DNA of 63,580 nt, the filler included. It is 8 parts of 8 records of this genome, joined end to end, with 100 filler letters (N's around TTAATTAATTAA, not from the genome) between each part and the next. Parts side by side here need not be neighbours in the genome. Positions count along the whole stretch, not along the records: positions 35,222 to 50,641 come from SRR31147125_28036; positions 50,742 to 55,774 come from SRR31147125_28062; 6 more parts are not named here. One strand, given 5' to 3'. The notes below the pieces were generated by a model, which had not been told where the DNA came from, searched no databases, and saw only the letters and a program-made list of their open reading frames with translations. The position numbers were made by a program, and so were the translations under genes. Positions 42,485 to 51,552 of this stretch are shown piece by piece. Each line of letters starts with the position of its first letter. Position 1 is the first letter of the stretch.

Positions 42485-43897
42485 TTAGTCGTGAATGTCA
42501 AAAGTGTACATTTCAGCATTATCCAAAAGGAAACGCAATCTAACGGTTTGACCATATAATTCATTAAGACTTTTCTTTCCCCAATGAACAGGGATCGCGA
42601 GTTCATTGCCTGTGAAGGGAGTACAGTCCTGCTCGGTCCACCCTTCTATTGGCTCATCTGTGATAGTGCGAACCTGTACACGAATTTGTCCTTTTGCATG
42701 TGCATTCAACCAAAGGTGTCCATCGATTTTCACGGGTCGGGTCAGAAAACGGCTTTTTTGTCCGGGAATGGAACGCATGCCCAGAAGTCTATCTTTTTGA
42801 GTGGTTGCAAGACCAACCGCATAAGTTCCACTCACATTATGTGGTGTATCACTGCCACCATAATAAAAATACATTTCATCTTTAACCAAAACAGGTTTGT
42901 CACTGATAAAGACCATCCCTTCATCCCATGCTCCGTTGGAACCGTGCCTTAAAAAATATTTTTGAGAATGAATGGGCAACCTGTTCCATCTAAATCCATC
43001 ATAACTCCAGACCAGCTCTGAATCAAGATGGTGCGTCACGACCTCATAATGTTGTAGCGCTCCAAAAAACAAATCGCCTCGTTTGAAAACAGTCATCCCA
43101 TAAAAATAATCCGGATCTCCTTCTTCCGGAACCAGCACCGTATATTCCAGGGTCCAGCTAATTAAATCCTTACTTTTTTTTACAGCAACACGCCGTCGTC
43201 CGACGCCTTTTAAACCGGATCCGGCATAGGCTTGGGGACGTACGTACATAAACCAGGTATGACTAATATCATCATACAAAAAATTGTTGTGTGTATCACT
43301 GTGGTAACGGACGGCAGGTTTGCTAAATGAACAATCGAATGCTTTGCCGTCGGCTGAGTTCGAAACAAATACGCCACCGCTATCATTATGAATGGCAACA
43401 AAAAAATCCTCTGGTCCTGTTGGTGATGGATTTTTTTCTACGTCCATATTTTGTGTCTTATTTCTCCCCAATTTTATACAATTGTTCTCTTTATTGCCAT
43501 TATAGTTAAAGACACCGAGATTGGGCTTTACCCACGTGATGCCATCTTTGGATTCCGCGTAACACATATTATATGAAAAACGCTCTTTATTAAAATAGGC
43601 CTGTTTGTTCCACACCGAATACCACATTTTAAACAAACCATCTCTTGGATCGATAAGAACGGAGCCACCTGCATGCGGTCCGGTACCTTCCCAGGGGTGT
43701 TCTTTAAAAAGGACTGGATTTTCAGGACACCGTTGCAAAGGAACAACAAAACGTTCAATCTGCCAGCGATCTTCAATGATACGTTCATCACACAGAAAAT
43801 ACGGACCAATGACTGGCAGATCCGTCTCCTCTTTTTCAGCAGAATAAACGTTAACGAAAAATAATACTGATAATAAAATGATAAAGATGTTTTTCAT
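42485..43897 (-). CDS. Secreted five-bladed beta-propeller glycosidase-like protein (GH32/43/130 clan-like)
   Basis: FKMWY, CYAESKDGITWVKPNLG, S.DL.SW, WSYDGFRW, WDEGM, YFYYGG Asp-box-like repeats. Confidence 0.65.
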   Translation of the reverse strand: MKNIFIILLSVLFFVNVYSAEKEETDLPVIGPYFLCDERIIEDRWQIERFVVPLQRCPENPVLFKEHPWEGTGPHAGGSVLIDPRDGLFKMWYSVWNKQAYFNKERFSYNMCYAESKDGITWVKPNLGVFNYNGNKENNCIKLGRNKTQNMDVEKNPSPTGPEDFFVAIHNDSGGVFVSNSADGKAFDCSFSKPAVRYHSDTHNNFLYDDISHTWFMYVRPQAYAGSGLKGVGRRRVAVKKSKDLISWTLEYTVLVPEEGDPDYFYGMTVFKRGDLFFGALQHYEVVTHHLDSELVWSYDGFRWNRLPIHSQKYFLRHGSNGAWDEGMVFISDKPVLVKDEMYFYYGGSDTPHNVSGTYAVGLATTQKDRLLGMRSIPGQKSRFLTRPVKIDGHLWLNAHAKGQIRVQVRTITDEPIEGWTEQDCTPFTGNELAIPVHWGKKSLNELYGQTVRLRFLLDNAEMYTFDIHD

Positions 43898-44145
43898 TAA
43901 AGAATATCCTTAATTTATATAAAGTTATGGTGTTTTTTTATTGAATAACATCGATAAAGAAGGTCCGTACTTTATTTGTACGAAACTATTTTAATTAAGG
44001 ACATGGTAATTGTGTAAAATCAAATATTGTGAAACAGAATATGGATACAATGTAAAAAAGGAGGAATTAAAATTTACCGTCATCTTATTATATGATCGGA
44101 ACAGATCTCACATTTCGTCCAAATTATACAAAATCATTTTTCACT

Positions 44146-46413
44146 TTACAAACGATTTATTATATAATTGACATCCTTTTCAAATTCTATGGTTGTCTTT
44201 TTCAGGTATTTAATAAAGGAATTATCCTCAATTTTGCCAAGCACTGCCTCCATTTCTTCCTGATCTTTATAAACCATTCTGCGAAAATCATTTGAATAGT
44301 CTTTTTCTCTTGATCTGATGGTCATTCGGGTTATTTTTTTCTGAATGTCCAAACCTTTGATAAAAATCTTTTTCCATTCCTCTTTCGACAGATATGTGAT
44401 GCTTTTTCCTATCATTTTCTCAAGAGAAAAGACGGCGTGGGAGATTTTTTGTTGAGAGTAGCCTTGCCATAACTCATCATACCTCTTGTGAATTTTATCC
44501 CAGCTGGATAATTTTCCAGAGGTGATGTCATCTATCAAAACAAACAAATCAGAATTATAAATGATCTGCCCACCAATATTCCACCACTTTTCTTCATATC
44601 TTTCCGTAAAATTTTCCAATATTGTAGAAAGAGATGAAGGTCCTTTACTGTCCAAATTGTTTTGTTTTACTGTGGAAAATTGTTGTAATAGATACTCTTT
44701 CAGGTTAGTAATACCATAATAAAATACCATTTCTCTGTAACTTTGTAATCCGCTAATGGCCTTTATTACTTTGGCTTTTTTATGAGAATGTTCCATCCCA
44801 TCAATATAAATCTGAAGCCGGTCCTCTATCAGCTTTTGTTCTTCAATCGTGTAATTTTGAAAATCTGATTCAATGAATTCTTGTGCTGCGCTTAAAAGCT
44901 CTTCTTTTCCGGCATTTTCGGGATTCATTCCTTTGTCTTTTAAAAGTCCTTTACCAATTTCTGGTAAAAGCAGATCCATAGAATAAAGAATTTCCTGTAT
45001 TGTGTCCGGAGCCAGGAAATCCAATTCTATGTTCTGTTCCTTTTTAACCCGCTTATCACGGACCTTAAACTTCCATCCATTTCTTGTAATGGCATACATA
45101 TTATACATAAACCAGTACCCCGGCATAATTTGAAGACAATTTTCATCTTCATTGCGACTTACAAGGGAAAAAGGAAATTTAACATCCAGTTCGTGAATAT
45201 AAGTACCATTACTAACCAAAACAAACGATGCAAACTTGCTGTTATGCTTAAAATTACTGCAAAGTCCCGGCCAGAATCCTCTATTAGCCACGATTTCGCC
45301 ATCAGGTGATCTTGAGTTATGATTACTACCAATAGTCGCATTAGCAGCAATATTACTCTGGCCCATAATAGTCGTTGCTATTAAAAAGGAATTATTGTGG
45401 TGTTGTTCATGAAAGGGGAAAATTAAATTGTTAAGAATTTCACAACACGATACGGTTGAATTATCACCAAGATAGGAATTTATAAGCCGGGCGCCATATT
45501 TTAACTGGGTATTTCTTCCGGTAATAAACCGAACTGCCTTGCAGCCATAAAAGATCCGTGAACCATATCCTATTATACCGTTAACAAGCTCAACACCTTC
45601 ACCAATTTGTGCCGGTTCCTCCTGATTTGACAAAATGGTTAAATTTTTTAGCTTATTAGCACCTTTGATATAGGAATTGGGGCCAATATTCGTATCCTTT
45701 ATGATACGACAGTTTTTCACCACACTTTTTGTCCCAACCTTTCCATAATATCCTCTTCTCTTGTCCCCCACATTTTCAGTAAGCTCTAGAAATTTCCTCA
45801 TGAGCTTTTTATTTCCGCGAAATTTCGACCATAAATAGGCATCAGAGGAAAGCATACCGGTAAATGGTAATACCCTGCGGCCACCGTTCTCATTGCCAAG
45901 CTCAAGCCAGATGCGTACATCTTCGGGTTCACCTTCCTTTATGATACCGACACCAAATTTTGCATGGTTTGTGGTTATCATTTCGTCAATATTAAACAGA
46001 ATACACTCATCTTCAAGAATGTAATGAGCAATATAATGAATATTACGCATGACAACATTATTACCTATATCACAGGATTTAATAACACAATTATACAATC
46101 CAACAGGCAATCTCAAATCATGAAAATCCAGGTAATACTCTTTTAGTTGACCGATACGCACCATTCCAAGGAACTCACACCCTCGAATTAGATAGGGATT
46201 AAAATTATCGGTGACATAAATTTTGTTCCAATTTTCTGCTGTATTTGCATTTTTGACAAGAATTTCAATTTCTTCTGCCTTTAATGAACGGAAGATGCTT
46301 GGATCCGTTAATTGATTGCGGATATAATATGGATTATCCTTTTCTGTCAGGTATTCATTTGGTAAAAAATCATGTGTTAATGAATCCATTGACCCCTTAG
46401 ATACGGTATCCAT
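44146..46413 (-). CDS. DUF4954-family protein (left-handed beta-helix-like)
   Basis: NENGGRRVLPF, QIGEGVELVNG, SCCEILNNLIFPFHEQHHNNSFL, GSNHNSR, MPGYWF.YNMYA. Confidence 0.75.
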   Translation of the reverse strand: MDTVSKGSMDSLTHDFLPNEYLTEKDNPYYIRNQLTDPSIFRSLKAEEIEILVKNANTAENWNKIYVTDNFNPYLIRGCEFLGMVRIGQLKEYYLDFHDLRLPVGLYNCVIKSCDIGNNVVMRNIHYIAHYILEDECILFNIDEMITTNHAKFGVGIIKEGEPEDVRIWLELGNENGGRRVLPFTGMLSSDAYLWSKFRGNKKLMRKFLELTENVGDKRRGYYGKVGTKSVVKNCRIIKDTNIGPNSYIKGANKLKNLTILSNQEEPAQIGEGVELVNGIIGYGSRIFYGCKAVRFITGRNTQLKYGARLINSYLGDNSTVSCCEILNNLIFPFHEQHHNNSFLIATTIMGQSNIAANATIGSNHNSRSPDGEIVANRGFWPGLCSNFKHNSKFASFVLVSNGTYIHELDVKFPFSLVSRNEDENCLQIMPGYWFMYNMYAITRNGWKFKVRDKRVKKEQNIELDFLAPDTIQEILYSMDLLLPEIGKGLLKDKGMNPENAGKEELLSAAQEFIESDFQNYTIEEQKLIEDRLQIYIDGMEHSHKKAKVIKAISGLQSYREMVFYYGITNLKEYLLQQFSTVKQNNLDSKGPSSLSTILENFTERYEEKWWNIGGQIIYNSDLFVLIDDITSGKLSSWDKIHKRYDELWQGYSQQKISHAVFSLEKMIGKSITYLSKEEWKKIFIKGLDIQKKITRMTIRSREKDYSNDFRRMVYKDQEEMEAVLGKIEDNSFIKYLKKTTIEFEKDVNYIINRL

Positions 46414-46559
46414 TAATAGAACTCCAAAAATTAATTATTAAATAGACATAACATTGCCTATAAACACAATACACATTTTTAACCTTCCAATTGGCTGTGC
46501 ATTGCGTGAGCATGTGAAGAATGATCCATAATCGATTTATATGGATTTCATGAATCACT

Positions 46560-47420
46560 TTATAATGATTCCAGTCTCTCAAGATGCTCACGGGCCTTAT
46601 TTATATATTCACTTTTGGGAAAATTGGTAATTACGTTTTGAAAATAGGTTTTTGCCGTTTGTTTATCACCGACCAGCGCATAACATCTTCCAAGCATTAA
46701 GGTAGCATCGTCTTTTTTATACGAAAAATCAAAATTCAGAACAGTTTTAAACGACGTTATAGCATCACGATACTTTTTGCTGCCAAAATGACATTCACCA
46801 ATCCAATATTGACAATTACTGATCAATTTGTGAGAAGGGTATTGTTTCATTAAATCCGATAAAATAGTATTGGCTTCCTGGTAATTTCGGGATTGGAATT
46901 GATTGAGTGCTTTAAAATACTTTTTCATAAAATCATCCATTTCTGCACTTTTCAATTCTGCCATCTCACGTGACACTTTATTTTCATCAGATGGGCCCGC
47001 GGCTGCTTCAGCCGGCTCTGTTTTAGGCTGTATTGTGACTATCACATTACCTATAGCAACATATTTTTCAAATGAAATTTGATATGTGAACTGATCATTA
47101 CCACTTGTATAGTCATTGGCCATATATAGAACACTGTAATCAGGCCTTAGACTGACAGAACCTTTTGTTGGTTTTTCCTGAATAGTAATTTGCAAGCCTT
47201 CAGCAGGAAATTTATCGTTTTTAAGCAAATCAATCCGCAGTGTATCTCCGGAATACACCATTGCCTGGTCATCATTCGCTATCAAAACCGGTGTTTTGCC
47301 TTTACAATGAAAAAACATTAAAAGTAAAATACTGAAAAGAATAGCAAGCCTGTAGAGTATCCAATAAAAACGTTTACCAAGAGAATCTCTGAAAATGGTT
47401 TGAAAGTATGCATTTTTCAT
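46560..47420 (-). CDS. Ig-like (Big_9/cadherin-like) plus TPR (CpoB/YbgF-like) putative lipoprotein
   Basis: ANDD...IDLLKND...PTKGSV...SGNDQFTYQI; YPSHKLISNCQYWIGEC, KKDDATLMLG, FPKSEY. Confidence 0.75.
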   Translation of the reverse strand: MKNAYFQTIFRDSLGKRFYWILYRLAILFSILLLMFFHCKGKTPVLIANDDQAMVYSGDTLRIDLLKNDKFPAEGLQITIQEKPTKGSVSLRPDYSVLYMANDYTSGNDQFTYQISFEKYVAIGNVIVTIQPKTEPAEAAAGPSDENKVSREMAELKSAEMDDFMKKYFKALNQFQSRNYQEANTILSDLMKQYPSHKLISNCQYWIGECHFGSKKYRDAITSFKTVLNFDFSYKKDDATLMLGRCYALVGDKQTAKTYFQNVITNFPKSEYINKAREHLERLESL

Positions 47421-47593
47421 GATGGTCCCCTTTTCGTCTTAAAAGTTCAGAACGTGTCAGGATTATTCACTTCAAATCCTTACAATTCGGATCAAACTAA
47501 AAAGTGGCTCCTGAATTGTGTAACTTTTAATTAAAACATTGAATTAATAAAGTAAAATAATTCGTATAATTAAACAAGAAGAAAGTGAAAGAA

Positions 47594-49198
47594 TTAATGC
47601 ACAACACCAACCAATTTGCCATTTCTAAGGTGAAATTCAGCTGGATCAGGCCCTTTGATGTTTTTACCAGTTATTCTGACTTTAAGACACACGTAATCAT
47701 GAGATTTTGCAAGGATTTTATCAGATATCGGGATGGTAAGGATAGTTGAATCTGATGAAAGCACATACTTTTCAGCAATTTCCTTACCCTTTCCATCATA
47801 GAATTGAATAATATAAGATGTTGTTACAGGTTTTGCTTTGAGTAATTCCTTACGAAGATCCAGTAATTGAATACTCTTATTTGAAAAACTCATAAATTCG
47901 AGAGGAGTAACGGTTTGTAAATAATAGTCAAGAATTTTCTGTTTTCTTTTGATTAATGTTTTAATCACATATTCTTCAGCGTCCGGTTCAGGATAACCAG
48001 CGGCACGAACAAGAGCTTTAATATGTTCAGAGGAGAGCGCACCCAAGATTTTACAAGCCCAATAATTATCTGCAGGTTGACTGTGTCTTACGGGCTTAAA
48101 GGAATGAGTCTCTTTCCACTGCTGTGGGTAAAAAATATCCGCTTCAAATGCTCCAACAGATGTCCACGGTGTAATTTTCATATTTTCCCAATCGGCAACA
48201 ACAAGTCCGGCTGTTACAAAATTTTTAAAAATATCGCTTAAACTGAATAGATGATTAAATCCGGCCCAGGGACGGTTGTTTTTCATGGCATGTGTACCAA
48301 AAGCGTCATCGAAATCAATGATATAATGTTTAATATAGCCTTTTCCTTCTTCCCCAACATATAAATCCTGGGTATTATCAGAACCAATATCGGACATATT
48401 TGTCAAGGCACCAAAAATTCTTAATGCCCGCAGCACCCTTCTGTCTTCATGTGGGAACAAATCATTTGGATCATCTTTACGAACTCCACTCTCGGGAGTG
48501 GGGCCCAGAGGATAGCCCTCGATAATTTTACTGGCAATGCAACGATAAAAACCATCAATTGGTTGAGCCACTTTGCTCAAAATAACATCAATATCTACAT
48601 TATCCAGGTTACTTTTTGAATCAATCTTTATATCGTTTTTATGAAAATAAAAGAGATGATCTTCAGGTACGTGATACCCGAATCCCCAAAAAAGCCGATT
48701 GACAATAAACGATGTTGTTGTTGCCATGAACGGAAATTCCGGAGGATCGCATTTCAAAAGATACAGAATATTTCGTTTGTCAGAAACTAACAGTCTTGGA
48801 TTCTGGTTTGGCTTGCGAACCCGAATAATTTTTAACGGAGGAACTGGTGGACCGTATTCTGTTGGGCCGATACTCAGTGTTGCAGGTGATATTTCTGAAT
48901 AACCGAGACGCGGAATAAACCAGCTGGAAGCCGGAACCTCGTCCATAGAATTCACATCACGCGCATTTTTACTACCGGATACAGCAACAGCTTTCACTAT
49001 CGGCCTTGGAGGTCTGACTGTCGCATAATAATCAAGAGCATTTCGATAAGCAGATTTTGGCACTGGAATTGGATGAATATCATTATAGTATCTGATTGGC
49101 TCTTTATCCACAAAACGTAGCTGGTGAGAATTACACGCTAATGTGAATAAAATGAGCATAATTCCAATTATTATTTTGAAACGCTGATTACGGATCAT
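47594..49198 (-). CDS. Uncharacterised lipoprotein with atypical (HipA/PI3K-like) kinase-fold motifs
   Basis: Lipobox FTLAC after ATG 49198; DEVPASSWF, YLLKCD, RLFWGFGYHVPE, LTNMSDIGSDN, HYIIDFDDAFG. Confidence 0.6.
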   Translation of the reverse strand: MIRNQRFKIIIGIMLILFTLACNSHQLRFVDKEPIRYYNDIHPIPVPKSAYRNALDYYATVRPPRPIVKAVAVSGSKNARDVNSMDEVPASSWFIPRLGYSEISPATLSIGPTEYGPPVPPLKIIRVRKPNQNPRLLVSDKRNILYLLKCDPPEFPFMATTTSFIVNRLFWGFGYHVPEDHLFYFHKNDIKIDSKSNLDNVDIDVILSKVAQPIDGFYRCIASKIIEGYPLGPTPESGVRKDDPNDLFPHEDRRVLRALRIFGALTNMSDIGSDNTQDLYVGEEGKGYIKHYIIDFDDAFGTHAMKNNRPWAGFNHLFSLSDIFKNFVTAGLVVADWENMKITPWTSVGAFEADIFYPQQWKETHSFKPVRHSQPADNYWACKILGALSSEHIKALVRAAGYPEPDAEEYVIKTLIKRKQKILDYYLQTVTPLEFMSFSNKSIQLLDLRKELLKAKPVTTSYIIQFYDGKGKEIAEKYVLSSDSTILTIPISDKILAKSHDYVCLKVRITGKNIKGPDPAEFHLRNGKLVGVVH

Positions 49199-49217
49199 TT
49201 TTATTACTCTATAATTA

Positions 49218-50630
49218 TTATTCCCTATTGGAACGATCACCTAAAAAAGTATCTAATCCCATACTCATAGATATACGAAGTCCTTCAGAGCCAACAGCAC
49301 ATTGAAGCCTGGCCAGTTCCTTGTCAATGGCATGAAAATTTATCCCAAAGCCTGCGGCCCATGGAATGGATTGAAGTGAGATTGTGTGTAGAGATTCCGC
49401 GACAATTAAATAATCCAGAAAAACAAGTCCTCCAAGATTAAATGACAGAGGCCATTTATACTCCAGGGATGGGACAAAGGAATAGTTATCAGTTCTAAGC
49501 ATCTTTCTATGTGCAACACCCCGAAATGATGGCTGTCTGGGATATTCTGTAAAACTGACAGAAACATTATCTTTTAAATTCCTGATCATATTAAAAACGA
49601 GGCGAGGAGAGATAATTCTGTTATTTTGAAGAACAGGAAGATTTGTTTTCAAGTCAAATCCCATTTTAAGGAACCGGCTTTTATCAACACCGATCCCGTT
49701 AGCAATGCCGGCATATCCTTCCAGCACAATGCCTCCGGACAGGTAGGCATTTTCATCTGTTGTATCAAAATGTAAAGAAATTTCATTATACAGGTGTTGA
49801 ATTTTATTCTGCAGTCCTGGGAGGTTATCAAGATCAAAATACTGACCGAGAGGATCCTCTTTTTCATCTGCATCTTTAACAAGACGGTGCTGATAATGAC
49901 TCGTAAAAAACCATTGCCAGTAAGGCCTGGATCGAAAACCTACGACCAGTTGTAAAAGCTCCCGTTTTTGAAAATAAATCCCAAAGTCGTTAACTGCTTT
50001 GGGTAAAAAATAGCTTCGTGGATCTGAACGTGGGTCATGTCCAAAACCATAAAATATCCTGTCATCATCATATTCAAGGAGGCCGGATATGTCCATATGC
50101 CATGTTTTATTTCTGGCTTTGAATCTATAGTGCAAACGAGCATTTAAAAGATATTTCTCCTCATCAGCATATTTTCCTTTTATAGCGGCTTCCATTTGCT
50201 TTTGGTTATAAAAGAGATTTATTCCGGCTCTGGGTCTAAAATCAGAGGTGAGATCGACGATAGGATACCATCCTACATTCCCGGCATCATTTATAAAAAA
50301 TTCTTCCAAATTGGCAATAAATTTAGGATCATTGGCCAATTGAGCACCGTACCCGGATGCAAATCGAATTCCATAAATTATTTGATTTGGAATATAAAAG
50401 ACAATATTTTTGCACATTTTTATGGGATTAAAAAATTGTGGTTCATCTGCTTCAATACCACGAATCAACAAATAGGCTTCATGTGGATTTGGTATCGTAT
50501 CAGCTAAAGCCACCTCTTCAGAAGGGTTGGTTTGTGAATAAATCTGCGGTTGAAATTCATGCGGAATATAGCTATAAAGTATTATGAAAAATCCAATCCG
50601 GAATGACAACACTATGCGGTTCAAAAACAT
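49218..50630 (-). CDS. Omp85/BamA-TamA-family outer-membrane beta-barrel protein lacking obvious POTRA domains
   Basis: Alternating beta-strand pattern, FYGFG, FRG loop-6-like motif (PSFRGV), SLEYKWPL, WAAGFGI. Confidence 0.65.
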   Translation of the reverse strand: MFLNRIVLSFRIGFFIILYSYIPHEFQPQIYSQTNPSEEVALADTIPNPHEAYLLIRGIEADEPQFFNPIKMCKNIVFYIPNQIIYGIRFASGYGAQLANDPKFIANLEEFFINDAGNVGWYPIVDLTSDFRPRAGINLFYNQKQMEAAIKGKYADEEKYLLNARLHYRFKARNKTWHMDISGLLEYDDDRIFYGFGHDPRSDPRSYFLPKAVNDFGIYFQKRELLQLVVGFRSRPYWQWFFTSHYQHRLVKDADEKEDPLGQYFDLDNLPGLQNKIQHLYNEISLHFDTTDENAYLSGGIVLEGYAGIANGIGVDKSRFLKMGFDLKTNLPVLQNNRIISPRLVFNMIRNLKDNVSVSFTEYPRQPSFRGVAHRKMLRTDNYSFVPSLEYKWPLSFNLGGLVFLDYLIVAESLHTISLQSIPWAAGFGINFHAIDKELARLQCAVGSEGLRISMSMGLDTFLGDRSNRE

Positions 50631-50641
50631 CTGATATTTTT

Positions 50642-50741
50642 NNNNNNNNNNNNNNNNNNNNNNNNNNNNNNNNNNNNNNNNNNNNTTAATTAATTAANNN
50701 NNNNNNNNNNNNNNNNNNNNNNNNNNNNNNNNNNNNNNNNN
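50642..50741. other. Artificial contig linker
   Basis: N-run with TTAATTAATTAA. Confidence 0.99.
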
Positions 50742-50845
50742 TCGCAAATTTAGGAAATATTTGCGACAAAAAGACTATAAAAACAGAATATATGTGAGTA
50801 AAGCTCTAAAGAACGTCTAGTTAAAATGGGCAATTTCAGCCACCC

Positions 50846-50875
50846 TTGACTTTTCCAGACGGCGAAGTAACTTTG
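50846..50875 (+). promoter_or_regulatory. Possible Bacteroidota-type promoter (TTG-N19-TAnnTTTG)
   Basis: TTG at 50846 and TAACTTTG at 50868-50875, upstream of the small gene at 51029. Confidence 0.4.
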
Positions 50876-51028
50876 ACGGGATTTAAGGGATGATAGACTA
50901 TTCTACTCCCTCAAAAAACTGTACTGCAAATTCCCGATGGGTGCTCTCTACTCTGAAATATGATTTCAACCTTATCATATAACAATTTATTCGCAAAACC
51001 ATTTTATAATCAAAAAAACTGAAAGACA

Positions 51029-51236
51029 ATGACCTATTACTATGTAAACAGAAATGCTCAGTCTAATGGTGATCATGAGGTACACACGCAGGTAGTTGTT
51101 CTTACTTACCAGCAGAAGAGAACAGAATTTATTTAGGCTCTTTTGCTAATTGTGCTGATGCAGTTAGAGCGGCTAGAAGGTATTATAGCCAGGCTAATGG
51201 CTGTTATTACTGCAGTCTCCTTGCCATACCGGGTAA
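51029..51236 (+). CDS. Small Cys/His-rich hypothetical protein (~69 aa), two apparent single-base deletions; absent from ORF track
   Basis: Reconstructed MTYYYVNRNAQSNGDHEVHT(A)GSCSYLPAEENRIYLGSFANCADAVRAARRYYSQANGCYYCS(P)PCHTG*; shifts near 51089 and 51217; followed by a terminator. Confidence 0.7.
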
Positions 51237-51257
51237 TTTAGTAAAATTATTATCGAT

Positions 51258-51287
51258 TAACGACCGCCTTTCTTTAGGTGGTCGTTA
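51258..51287 (+). terminator. Intrinsic terminator
   Basis: TAACGACCGCCT-ttcttt-AGGTGGTCGTTA followed by TTTATCCTTT. Confidence 0.7.
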
Positions 51288-51552
51288 TTTATCCTTTCAC
51301 AAAGTCTCGTATGTAATTTTACCGTTTATCAATCGCCTTTTGTATGCTTATGTGGCTTTAATGAAGGCGTATTCCCAGGAGTATTCTTATTATCTCGCTG
51401 ACGTCTGTCGGGTGCTCCTGTTGATTTAGCAGTTCTTTTTGGACCTGGTTTAATTCCCATTTTAATCTATCTTAGTTAATAATTAATTGTAAGCTAAAAT
51501 TAATCAAAAAAGCTGGGAACGTTACGATTATTAAATTCAAATGTAATTTAAA

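Noticed and set aside
50742-50890. Hairpin TCGCAAAT..ATTTGCGA and GTAACTTTG as an integrase attachment site
   Set aside because: No integrase or second att copy is visible; the motifs are equally explained as Bacteroidota-type promoters at a contig edge.
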